Assembly (NCBI GenBank): GCA_047495785.1
Contig: JBLDXI010000046.1
Span: 558,001-622,000, forward strand
Source of the DNA: Lepidodermella squamata
Taxonomy: Eukaryota; Animalia; Gastrotricha
Direction of reading: 5' to 3'
DNA: 64,000 bases
The position numbers and the translations under genes are program-made. This document shows, piece after piece, positions 10,802 to 23,253 of the stretch (its first letter is position 1; the number at the start of each line of letters is the position of its first letter). Below the pieces are notes generated by a model. The model did not search any database. It was not told the origin of the DNA and saw nothing but the letters and a program-made list of their open reading frames with translations.

Positions 10802-13393
10802 TGGGCAGGTCCCGGGTTACCGGGGACTGCTGTTAGTCGGCAGACCCCCTCCCCGTTTTTCTCCGTTTGTCCTTGACGCCCGCGGCAAATGCCGTTCGTT
10901 TCATTTACATTTTTCAAAATTTGTTAAACGTTTGTTGAATAATATAAAAATTAAATAAAAATTTAAAATGACCTTGAAAATTTTATTTTCAATTTTTTTG
11001 GCGCGTGACTTCGGGTTTCTCGTCACGCGATAACGACCTGTCGAATTAATGCGCGAAAATTTGTCAGGATTCAGTTGATGATTCAGGATTAGTGATTATC
11101 GAAAAAATATCAAGCTTTTGCATTCAGGGATGGAACAGTTACATTATTAAGTTGATACTATTTTGCTTTGCGGAGCAACCCGGCCGCGTACAAATATCTG
11201 CCTAATTTCGGAAGTGCGCCAAAATATCGGTATCGGTTTCGGAGTATAGCGCGCGCACTTGCACGATAATTAACAAACCATTAGACGCACGCGCAGAATG
11301 GCCGTACCTAATGATCATGTGGCAAATAGAAGTGCGTAAGTAAGAAGTGAGTATGATTGATTGATTGAAAATTTTAGTCAGGCTTCGCTGCCAATAACCG
11401 CAACATTGGGTGAACAGAATTATTCCGCAACCACAAGCCTAACACCTCGCTTACAAAAAGAATGTGTCAACTCTTGCCTTCTAACTGAAGAGTATAAAGT
11501 TAGCAGAAAATCGATCAACATTAGTACATTGGTTGAAGCATTGGTTTTTGATGGATTATATTCCTGTTATGAGAATAAAATGTGAACAGTCCTAAAGCTT
11601 CTCCATGATGCAACATTTATCAGCCTTATTTTCTGTCATTTTTTACCATCCACTTTCTTCTGTCTCCACTTGCATTAAAAGTGTCGCCTATTGTCGTCAT
11701 AGTCGTTTAGCGTTTATCGTATCATCGTTTCCATCTTTTATATCCCCTGTTTTCCTGAAAAAAAGAAAAATGGAAGTTTCGTAATGAAGAAAATCGTATT
11801 GAGGCACAGCCGAGTCGACATCACTCAGAATAACGCCAAAATTCATAGATATAAACGACGACCCTATCATGCCTATACTATTTTCGTTCTATATTGTTGT
11901 TGTACAAAAAATGCGCGTCGTTATACAAACGTTTACAAGGGCAGCAATTGATTTGAGGGCACGACCGCGCAGGTTGGCAGAAAGTTCCTAGATTACTAGA
12001 TTATCTAGGATAAATGTCGGCGGGGTAGAGCAACGTTTTTACGTTTTAGATAACTTTTAGCATTGAACACACGTTTATAAGCGTCATACTCCTTCAGTTT
12101 TCCTGCCAAATGAACACTACTATCACATATCAACCCCAACATTACATAAAACTGTACGAAATTTTTCTCGTTCATCTAGGATAAAGCTCTGAGTTTTAAA
12201 AACTTTCTGCCACCCTGGCACCGCGCACGAATAGCTCCGCTATTCCAATAGACATAATTTAAGGAAATTGTCTATGGCTCTTGCCCTCAGACACCAATGT
12301 AAATCCCATGTACAGATTGCTATGCTTCATACCGAATCGTTTGAACGACTTTGCATGAATGAAATTAACAAAATACCACGCAAACTAGCCTTAATCTACG
12401 CGTTATATTATTATAGATATCGATTGTTTGATATTGACAAACAACCCTCCATTCAGCAGATTGAGTGTTGAGTAGCTTCAAGTTGAATGTTTGAAAAATT
12501 GTTTGAGTAAAATGTTGGTCTTGCAGAGAATTCCCCATAAAATAGTGATTGTGCCTTCTGAGCAGGGAAAGATTGCTTGACTTTCTCACAGAATCACCTG
12601 AAAATAGCATGAAAATCATAAAAAATTTGAACACGAGATATCATTTTAAGGCGGACCAAGATTATCGCATCACTGTTAAATTTTTAAAAAGGTAATCTGC
12701 CATCGACGCTTTTCTTCGCTGCCGATGATCCTAACATTGGGTAAACAATAATTACTCCGCAATTATTATTACCTTACACATCGCTATAGAACAAATTGTT
12801 AGCTTATAAAGCATGCCTTTCCAACTGCAGAATTTGAATGCTAGCCGGCAGAAAATCGATCAATGAAATAGTAACATTGTTGGAACATTGCTTTTTGACA
12901 GTTCTGTATATTCACCATTCCGAGACACATGCGAGCGAAAGCGTGCAAGTGAAGTTGTCCAATGCATCTCAATGATGAAACATTTCTCCGCCTCAATTCT
13001 ACCATGCACTTCCGAAACGTTGTCACATTTAGACATTATCTGTTATTCCTATCCTAACGTCGAGCCATTTACCACCAAAGTGTTAAGAGTAATATCCTAT
13101 CTAAGTCGTTCCCAGAGACCTTGAGTCCCAAGCCTTACGACACTGCTTAGGAAGACTGCTTAGGAAGATTACTGATTTCGAAACGTAAAATCGATGCGCT
13201 TGGTCCTGGTTCGGACGAAATAATAGGTTCAAATGAGTTCAGTGTTCAGTGTCAGTTCAGGATCCCAGATACCAGGAAGAAAAATAATTGGGACCTGCCC
13301 ATTACGTCGCACTGCGAAGCAAGTGCGCGTAAGACAATGCAACTTATGCAAAAATAGAAGCATAGTGCCGCCGGCATTGCGTGGGGACTGATT
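10802..13393 (+). mobile_element. Non-autonomous Helentron/Helitron2-type element (HINE-like), element A
   Basis: 5' subTIR TGGGCAGGTCCC (10802-10813) followed by partial IR GGGGACTGC. 3' subTIR GGGACCTGCCCA (13290-13301) followed by a TTACG...CGTAA hairpin (13302-13332). Both termini resemble those of element B. 3' end approximate. Confidence 0.7.
11970..12217. mobile_element. hAT-like MITE nested in element A
   Basis: 17-bp TIR CAGG(T/G)TGGCAGAAAGTT with one mismatch; flanking 8-mers CGACCGCG / GCACCGCG (degenerate 8-bp TSD). Confidence 0.65.
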
Positions 13394-13429
13394 TTTAAGA
13401 AACGACCTTATTTTATTAATTAACAGGGG

Positions 13430-14700
13430 TTCATATTTTCGAATTATAAATAAAACAATATTTCAAACCACGGAAAAATATAAAAAGGCTTCCGTATTGG
13501 TTTTCACATCAATTTATTAATGAGAACTGGCGCGCAATCAGGTTTTTGGCTGGTGTTAGGCAGTAGTTCGTGTTGCCCGTGGGTTGGGCTCGTCAAGTTA
13601 ACTTTCGGCTGTCTGGCAGTGTATTAGTGCTTATTTTAAGTTGCGGCATTGTATATTTGATCAATTTTTGCTATTGTAGGCGGCAGTGGAGTGGTTAAGC
13701 AGCATATTTTTCAGATTATCAGTTAGATCGGCTTGTTGCTGGCTGTTCTTCTGCAGCTCATGACTTTGAAGATGAGCAAGCGACCATGTTTTGGTCTGAA
13801 TTAGGAGCGCTTTGCTGTGAATTGAAACTCCTTATATCCAGAACACCACTCGTTTTCATAAATTTCGGGAATTTCTCGCGGAGTTACTCTGATTCACATT
13901 TTAGATGCTATTGGAGTTCACAGGTTAGAGATGGGGTTTAATGGATGCTCCTTGTTTATGTTGGCTTGGCATGAGTGTACTAGAATTTACTTTCTTAATG
14001 CTTTTCTGTCTAAGAATTCAATCTAATTTTGCCCTAGGGTCTCTTTGCTGTCTTTCTAAAACCGAAGTTACGGCGTCGATGCACTCGGGGACGTTATGTG
14101 TTATGTGCATTTGATGCTGGTTGGAGTCTCGAGTGTGACATCATTTTCATCTTGAACTTCTTGATAACTGGTAATGGCGGTCCGCTAGGGTTGTAATATC
14201 TCTAGGCTTCTCACTCTAGGATCGAATGAGTGATAGAAAAATGTTAGGCAACATGTAAAGTTTGAAATGCTTCAGGCTGTTGCTGTTTGGGCTTTCGTGA
14301 GCTAGCGTGTTTGAATGCAAGGCGAGTGTGGATCAGGGTGGCGCTGCGTAAACACTCTGATTTAAGTTTGCACATTTAAGGTGACTAATAACTAGTAAGA
14401 ATCCGACTTTAGGCCTTTCATTTTAAGTCAACTGAACTTTCATTAGTTTCGGTCGTTAGCCAGATTATTTCCGAGTTGCTTATCTGGCAGCGCTAACGAT
14501 ATCCATCCACACTCACACTAGCTAATCACGAGTTGCGGATGGGTAGCTGAATAACTAACGCTTGAAGCCAACAAAGGAATGAAGAATTGGATGCTATAAC
14601 CAAGACTTGTTAAGAAATTTCACGATGAATTTGTTTCATTTTGACTTCCGTCTTGCTTTGAAATGTATGATGATTATTTACAAAATTCAGTCGTGAGGTT
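13430..14700 (-). mobile_element. Highly decayed non-LTR retrotransposon (RT C-terminal part, CR1/L2-like)
   Basis: Stop-riddled minus-strand translation keeps LINE-RT-like residue patterns and ends in an AATAAA/A-rich tail near 13410. Recognised by eye only. Confidence 0.4.
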
Positions 14701-14777
14701 AAATTGCGTTAATGTCTCATGTATGTGTAGAGTGGTAATTTCCATTTTTTTCTTAGAATTTATCGATCAAACTTAAA

Positions 14778-15600
14778 ATGGCTAGTCAAAAGGAGAATAC
14801 GATGCGCCCGATACGATCTATACCTTAAGCAGTCGGCCCTTCAGGCGCTTGACTCGCGGCAGACTAAATCAAAGCAAGAGAAACCAAACCGAAGATACTG
14901 GATGTGTTATTCAGCCACGACCACAAATGGTACTTTTAATGTTGAATTTCTTGAAAAATTGGAATTATTTTCAAGGGATCGGAGAACTCTTCTAGAAGAT
15001 AGTTACGAAAATAACTCTATCGTGGATCTATATGAGCCAAAGTAAAATGGTTGAATCCAGGAGCGTGGTATGTTAACATTTCAACTGTTGTTCAGCCGCA
15101 ATATTATTATTCTGATTATTTTCTCAGGTAGTCTGAGATTATTGAAACAGTTTTGGTATCGATTTCGGCTCTGTCGAAAATAAATTGGCGCAAGAGAAAT
15201 ATCGTCAATAATCGAGCTAAAATTCAACGTTGTCTTTGTTTGAATGTCGCAGTTCAACTGTTACTTATTGAATTTCTAAATAATTTTTCGAGGTAAAAAT
15301 GCCAATAAAATGTCGAAACCAAAAGTGTAATTTTTCTGTGAAAATCTGTTGAAATCCATCTTAATTATCGATCGAGTGGCTGTTGCTGATGACGAAGGAT
15401 GGCCCACTGCTCTATATCTGACAGGCTTTCATTCATGCAGAGATTGAAGCAGAAGCTACAAATGGCGAAAATATTTCACAACCACCAATAAAAAAGCCGG
15501 CCTTGGGACCGGTTCCGGGAAAAAACCGCGGAAGGCCTTTACAATGCTAGCATTGCCCTCAGGATTATATACACGAATTAGCACGCAAATAAGAAATATT
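14778..15600 (+). pseudogene. Decayed intron-containing gene remnant of unknown origin
   Basis: ATG at 14778 and successive donor/acceptor pairs (G|GTACT..TCAAG, G|GTATGT..CTCAG, AG|GTAAAA) with exon-like composition but internal stops. Confidence 0.3.
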
Positions 15601-18600
15601 GCGAACATTTTAAAGCCCGCTATCGAAGGCGAAACTGTTAGAGCGAGAAGAAAGCCAGCAAATAAATTATATATTTTTTCGCATATATCTTCGCAGCCGA
15701 AATTTTAACCTGAGCAGCACAACTACAGCGTGTCCCATAAGTAATGCACGCAAAGAAAATACACGGAAAAGGGCTCAGAAAATTTAAAATGCGAGGCGAA
15801 GTCACGCCTCGTGGCCAGAAAATTTTTAGAAAAATTCAAAATATCACACGTAATCAATTTTGCGTCACTCTAAGTGAGATTAAAAATTCCGGAGAAATTT
15901 GGCCCAACCCGGTAAAATACCGAAAATTACCGAACCAGTTACCATCGGGATTTTCCGGGATTTCTCCGGTAAATCTTTAATTTCTTCGGTTAAATCGCCG
16001 ATAAAAGATGGAAATTCTCTCGGTAGGTTTAATTTAATAAAAGTAATGAATTTCCTACTAAAAGTTACCAAATTAAAGAATAGTTGCACAAATTCTGCGA
16101 CACTCTGTATTTATCCATCTTAATATCGATTTCGTCGCCATAAAACATCATGAAATTGATATTTTCAAGCTTTCCTTATTGTTAAAATGGCTAATACAGG
16201 TTTTTGTACATTTCAAATCGGCCACCTCAGGGCGGAAAAGTGAGCCGCGTGATGAGACATGCGCTGAGCTAAAAATTAGGTAAAAAACAGCGACTGGTCG
16301 AGGGTCGAGGGTCGAGACCATGATTCACCGTTTCACACCGTTTCCATAATATGGAGGTACAGCAATTGGCCGTGGCCCGTAATTTTGGGTTGGCGGAGTC
16401 TGGCGAAATTAATTTCAAAATTAATCAGAAAATGTTCTTCTTCTTCTGGCTGTAGGTCATAGTCAAAAAAGCCGAAATAGCAACAATAAATCTGAAAAAT
16501 TTGTTACCACGAAGCTGTAATTGAACGCTGATGCCATCACTTGAGCGGCGTAAATATACATATTTAAACATATTTCCAGAGGTATTGTGTCTACTTAATT
16601 TTGGTACCGTTAACACTGAAAATTGAGTTTCGGCAGCTAAAAATATAGAGCTATAAATAGAAAAAGGTTGTATCTATTCAGACCCCCATCGGAATTCACT
16701 AAAATTCAAACGCTTTGAATTTTTTGTTGAATTTAGGGTTATGAAGTTTTCGAAAATTTAGGGAAAAATCGCATGGAACCGTGAAAAATGTAGCGTGCCA
16801 TTGCGGGACTTCCCATAGATATATCAAAAAAGGAAAAAATCTATTGAAACTACCCACCCGTCGGCGGATGAAGGAATGCCTAATAAATGGTAAGAGCTGA
16901 CTTTTCACCTGAGTGGAAAGAAATTGAGGTTTTAAAATACGTGTAGTCCCAGTCTTTAAATTTCGCGTCGAAAATCTCACTCAGAAAAATCAGCACTGTT
17001 TGTGTGACAAGCTTATGGCAGTTACTGTCTTTGAGTTTAATTTAAAAGCGATTAAGAGTCACGTGACTAGTGTGGCTGTATTAATGACGCAACAATGAAG
17101 GCAGGAGCCCTTCTAAACGGGGGGTCGTGATTTTTTTTGGACTTTTGCTTAAATAGAGGTGATTTTCTCGGTCAGTTTGTAAAATTTTCGAATTTTGAAC
17201 ATATCCTAAGATTCCTCTGCCCTTACATTATAATATCACTTAGAAATAGCTTTAGAATACATTTTACCATTAAAATGCTGGCTGAAATACCTGTTATATA
17301 TGCCCATTTTGAAGCTTGTTCTGGTTGCTTGTTGACCATTGTTTAGCGATTTTAAGCGATTTTAACCGGATTTTCGAGCGATATATGGCTGCTAGCAGTC
17401 GTGGCAATTAGATTGTCGAGAAAAAACGGCTGCAGAAGCATTAAAACTGACAGAAATGCACCTTTGACGTAAGTGAAAAAGCCATAAAAACTGCCTTTTT
17501 CACGCACAAATTATTAATTTGTGCGCTGCCCATGTGTTTTTTTTTATAATCGCTGAGTGAGAATTTTGCACAATGCTATTTTGCGAGAAGTAGTGTGCGA
17601 CGCAAATTATGTCAATTTTTCAGATTTTAGATTTTGGAACACGAATTTTGTATCAAATGCCAAACTATACAAAATTCATACACCAGGCAATTAATATCCT
17701 GTAAATCAAAGGTATAGATCTACCCTCCGATAAATATTACTATAGGTATTCCAAACTACCTTCGCTGAATTGATAATTTTAATTTTAGTTTTGAATTTAT
17801 TAATTTATTAATTATTTTTATGAAATTCCCGGCAACTTGTATTTGTGTCCATCCTTTCGGTATCTTTTATCAATAAATTTCAACTTGTGAAGATGTTCAG
17901 TATTGATTGCCAGCGAAACCCGAAATTTTAGATGGCCTAATCAATTATTATTATTATTATTTTTTATGGCACCGAATTTATCAGCTTTGTCTCTAATATT
18001 CGTCTGACCCCAGTGGCTATGGCATCTGGCTATGGCATATCAAGTTCAGATTTAGATACCGTGCTTATACCAGGCTTATACCAGGACTTGAAGCTGAAAA
18101 TTCCTGCGAATATCCGGAATGAATCAGTACAATTTTAACCATTTTAGTTAGACCCCTAAATTATTTTTCTATTTTATTGCGGTTTTTTCGAACAATGTTC
18201 AACGGACGTGGTAAATTGTTTCAGCCTCCGAAAGTTGCATTGCTTCGAGATTTCACGTAAAATTGATTGCCGTTCACGCTTGCAGCTTGAATTGTTACAA
18301 CATGCTATTTTAGCAGAAATATTTTCGAAAGTTTTTCAACATTTGCCATCCATTTTTTCTACGTGCCTTTGCTGACGTTTTGATCTTTCAAACTTCTTCA
18401 TGTCATAATGACTGTCAGAATGACCAGGCCTGACCCATTCGATGAGGCCCGTGACCTAATTACGCCGCCGGCGAAGGTGTAATATTCCGCGCGCTCGTTT
18501 TATTACTGCTGTTTTATTACTAATCAGGTCATCATGATGAGTGTGTGCGTGTTTATCGAAAGAACCGATTTTCCTCTGTCGACCTCTTGCTATCCAATTT

Positions 18601-20265
18601 TAGCATCTGCAGATTTCCATTCGAATATTGAATATTTATATATTTGTGGAGTTTTTATTTGTTTGTTATTTTGAACCAGACCACCAGACTAGAAATTTAT
18701 TATTATTGCCAAGCTTTTTATTATTCACCGTCACCTGTGGCTGCGCTCCAATTGTCGGCGTTATTTGTCTTTCATCGGTCACTGCTTGCCTGGCTCCTAT
18801 TACATGGTACGTTTTACCTTCTGTTTCTACAGGTTTGAGGTGGCGGGATGAATCAAATCAAATCAATACCCATTTTGTTGAGTGACAAAATTTCCGAGCT
18901 ATTATTTTTTCCCGAAAATTTTGAGGCATCATTTTCGTGCCATGGGAATTTATTGATAATATCGAAGTCTAATCGATTCGTTAATTCTTCTGCTGCAATT
19001 ACCGGTGCAACTGATGGGGCCCGTTTACTCACGGGTAATTTCGCGATAGCTAAATAAGGTGAACAGATTTACTATGCATTATTGAAAAAGGTTTCACCGG
19101 TTCTTCGATTTTTTACCAATTTTCCATCTATTTTCTATATTTATGTTCGTAATCCTATCAATTTGAGGAGTATTCAGCCTATTGAATAGCCATTATGGAA
19201 CTGATATCAGGAAATTAGCCAGAGCATTGTGTCACTTATGCGCCGATGATCATACCTGCATTTTATTATTTTATTTTAATTTTCCTGTATTTTTTTCTCG
19301 CAATTTTTAGTCGTCGGACCGCTCGCGTATTTTAGCGCCATGAAAATAAAAAGAATTTAGATCATTGTGTCTCGGAGATGGCGCAAGATCAGATTGTTCT
19401 CGATTTAGTGTCATAACCCTTGTTATTCAACAGAGGAAAGCGTTCCATATTATAAGCGATTTTATTCCTTCATTTCTTCATTCTGCATTATTTTCTATCA
19501 ATTTCTCGAAATCATTAGGCAGTTTTTAATTTTAATGCATCAACGTCGCTTTGCTCACCTCTTCGCTGCGACTGGTACCTAATGCGGGTAACTTTTACCC
19601 ATTCAGATAACCCACCTTAATTAATTCTTTTTAGCTGCCGTTAATGCTTCTGCTCTAACCAGTCGCTCATCAACTTCGCCTCGCCGCGACTTCGGATTTT
19701 CGGATTGCATTCTTGGATAATTCCAGCAAAATCATGTTCAATCTAATTTTGGAATATTTTTGATATCAGTTCACACATCTGGCTTCACTGTGTTCAAAAT
19801 GAAATATTTGTGTGGCATAGTCAATAAAATTGCCCCATCATTGGGCTTTCAAAGGCTTATGACTTTTATTATGGATCAAAAAATATGGATGATACTTCAA
19901 TTCTCGGAGTGGGTAAATTTAGTTTGCATGATTAGCCGGATAGCAATCGAACTCGGAGGGACAGTAAGCCACTAATTTTGAACGCAAGCATTCAATATAA
20001 CACGATCTAGCATTTCAAGGTTCACCCATCAAAATTCTTGGAATTCTGGAGCGAAGAAACTCGGAGTGCAAAAATCTCAGAGCAGATGATGATAGTTGTT
20101 GAGCTACGGTTTAAAGAATTCGAAAGAAATTTCGCCTCTTCTTGCAGTTTCGCCTTGCGAATCATTGCAGCTGTTTTTTGACCCAAATAGTAGGAAAATT
20201 TCATTTCATCTAAGAAAGATTTCTGGGTTAGTGTTAGTGGCCTGCCCTTTTAATCCTGAAAGTAA

Positions 20266-20735
20266 TTTTCAGCAGTGACACTTTATCAGTAAAACATTAA
20301 AAAAATTAACTATTAGCATTAATTTGAATAATCCTTGAAGACAATTGAGCAGTGACATTTCAGCAGCGACATTATATCTGTGACTATTGAGCAGTGACTA
20401 TTCATCATTGACAGATTAGCAGGTGACACTTCATCAATTGTTATTTATTAATCTCGGGCATTGAACTAGCACTTTTTGATCTCAAAACGTAGCGCGTAGC
20501 TCTCCTGCAGAATACGGCTAAAATCTCTTGATGGAATGTCTCCGCTAAAATTTCACTGCGCAAATGTCAGCAAAATGAAAATAATAAATTTGTAAAAATT
20601 AATAAAAAAGTGAAAAATCACTGTTGACTTGTCACTGATGATTTGTCACTGCGCAATTGTCGCAGCTGAAATGTCACTGATATCATATATCACTGATGAT
20701 TTTACCCTCACCCGCTGAAATGTCACTGCTGAAAA
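20266..20735. mobile_element. Foldback-type MITE with arrays of CAGTGAC subterminal motifs
   Basis: Perfect 15-bp TIR TTTTCAGCAGTGACA / TGTCACTGCTGAAAA. Several CAGTGAC copies in the left arm and GTCACTG copies in the right arm. Confidence 0.7.
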
Positions 20736-21800
20736 GTCGTAAAACCATTCGGTTCGGTATTTTTAGTTCTCCGTTGTCGAGGCCGTTTACGAGTCAGTAT
20801 TTAGTTCCATTATCCTGGGATATATTTTACTATCCGATTACATTTTTTCATATTTCTAACTTGTCTATTTTTTTATTTTTTTTCATTAGATTCTTGGATC
20901 TGACGGTCCTTCATGTTTCATTCCTTCATCCGGTTGTTTTCGAAGAGCTGTGGTTTCCATGCTTCCGTCGCCTTGATGGAGTGATCGTCACTCCGAAAAT
21001 CTGCCTCCCGCATGAAATATTATGCGTTCAAATTACTGCTGAAAAATTTCAAATTGAACGGCTGGTAACACGGAGGTGCTGGCTACAACACCGTGTGACT
21101 GATTGGAAAGCTCAGTTAAACTCAACTTGTTACAATCGCGTACTGTGACTTTGCGATCTAATGGCAACGGTGTTGTGCCATTTTTCACTCATCTCAACCC
21201 CGGTCGGTACTTCGGCCAACTGCATGATTTCCTTCGAGTCGTTGGGCATGCCGGAATTATGCAAGAAATCAACAAGAATTTCTACGTCTCATTCGGCAAG
21301 GACATGCAGTTGAAGAAAAAATTCTGGCCCTGGTCGCGCTGGGTAACAGACTGCCGGGTTGTGGCATGCTGCCGTCGTTGCTCTTCGGGGCGTATTCGGT
21401 GTAGAATCCTGAAATCGACGCTGCTGCGGTGTATAGCTGATACGAAGGCTTCGAACTGATTGGTCAGCCGACGACTGTTTGCGCGGCTGATAGCAGCTGG
21501 TCAAATCCGCCCAGTTGCCATTTGAAAAGTAAGTCGGCCTAATTTTTCAGAACATTTTCGAAATTTGTTTAACAACATAGCGGAAAATTGATGCTGTGAG
21601 AAACAAAAAAGTGGATAAATTTCATTTTTGAACGGGAATTTCTTGAATTTTTTCAGGAATTAACCGAAATTAGCAGCACTATTGGTAGGTCGTTGTAGGT
21701 CGTTCTAGTTTTCGAATTCTAATTTAGAATCCTGGCAGAAAATACTGAAAATTAAGGATCGTGTTTTTCGGGATTTTCCCATTGAATATTATTTTGAAAC

Positions 21801-22030
21801 TCATTGAATCGAAAAGTATAAAGCCCATGAAAATTCAACAACTCCATTAAGATCGCCGCCAATCAAAACAATATCATTCTCGGCCCGTGAATTTTCGATT
21901 TTTTCAAGTACACTCTCAACTATAGAAATATAAATATCTAATTCGTCTACATCAGCTGACGCTGGCGCATATAAATTTACGAACGAATTTTTTCTTCCAG
22001 CCACCTTAATTTCAAGTGTTATTACTCGTT
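21801..22030 (-). mobile_element. APE-endonuclease fragment of an L1/Tx1-like LINE (decayed remainder probably at about 18900-20000)
   Basis: SFVNLYAP...DIVLIGGDLN matches the NxYAP / IxxGDxN motifs of LINE endonucleases. Confidence 0.65.
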
Positions 22031-22121
22031 CATCGAAATATATTCTAACTATTAATCAAAATTAGAATTTAAATGTAAAATGTATTACTATCGAAATTTT
22101 CGTAGCTTGAAATTTTTCAAG

Positions 22122-22335
22122 GATAATGTGGGTTTCCACTACGACCGCGTCACGTTTCTCGTTAATCCATTCGCCGAGGAAAAGGACGGCTTGTACAACA
22201 AGAACGACCTGTACGATACCATTGTGGCGCCCATGTACCACACGGATCTCATCTCCGGCAATTCGTACACGTTCGACCAATCGAATTTCTTGCCAAAAAA
22301 CCGCATTCCTTCAGTCCGTGACCACGTCCAAAATA
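22122..22335 (+). other. Orphan coding exon (captured or remnant gene fragment)
   Basis: TTTTTCAAG acceptor and GTACGT donor flank a stop-free frame with strong C/G third-position bias (DNVGFHYDRVTFLVNPFAEEKDGLY...). Confidence 0.5.
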
Positions 22336-23253
22336 GTACGTTTTCATTTTTATACACTCATTCGATCGCTAAACCGAATCAAAGTTTGAAATCAATCGAT
22401 TCTCGATCTTCCAGTTTAGAGAAAATGAAAGAATCAATACTGATTGATGATTATCGACTTGAAAAAAGCACATTTTGAGAAATCTTGACGAAAACAATCC
22501 AGAATGTAGGGAATTTTGCTGCAATACACAGAACGTGTTCCGAAAAGATACTCTTCAGAGTTCTCGCGCAATCCTTCATTTACGACTTGTAGAAAGTTGC
22601 CCGGTAGAAATTAATCATCCGAATAACTATCAGTTTCTATTGCAGCCCGGGTACTAAAATTTCAACCTCGATGTTCTGAAAAGTTCAGAAACTATTTTTT
22701 GGTTAATCGTTCATTTATTATGTTTTCGAACCGACTTGACCTCTCATCCCGGGGCTACTATTAGGGATGGCGATTATTAGCGAATGGGCCAATATTGGAA
22801 CAAATAATACGGTAAATATTTTCCAACTGGGTAAAAAATTCCTATAATAACTAAGTTAACACAAGCTTTTTCCCGGTTTTTCCTGGTAAATTTTATTCTT
22901 TCTTCGGTGAAATTGCGGATCAAGGACTTAGCTTGGGGCTAATGAGAGGTAGAATAATTTAGAAAAATTTCCTGCGAAACTTTGAAATATTAGAAAGCTA
23001 CCAACTTCGCTATGAAAAAAGCCGTGAAGAGCTGCATACCTTAATTAGATCTTAGATGAAATCGAACTATTTTTTCCGCTCGCTATTAATTTAAAAAAAA
23101 AGACATGAGTTCAGAGGCCATCTAAGGTAGATTTTATATAATTTGAAGATCTAATGTTAGCCTTGGAGCATCGATACTCTGTCTACAATCACTTTAAATT
23201 AAGGAATTTCTGTGTTGATTTTCCAATTTATTGTTTTTCATCGTTCTTTTTAG

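Noticed and set aside
15724-15760. TA-CAGCGTGTCCCA mariner-like end
   Set aside because: No partner inverted end was found in the window.
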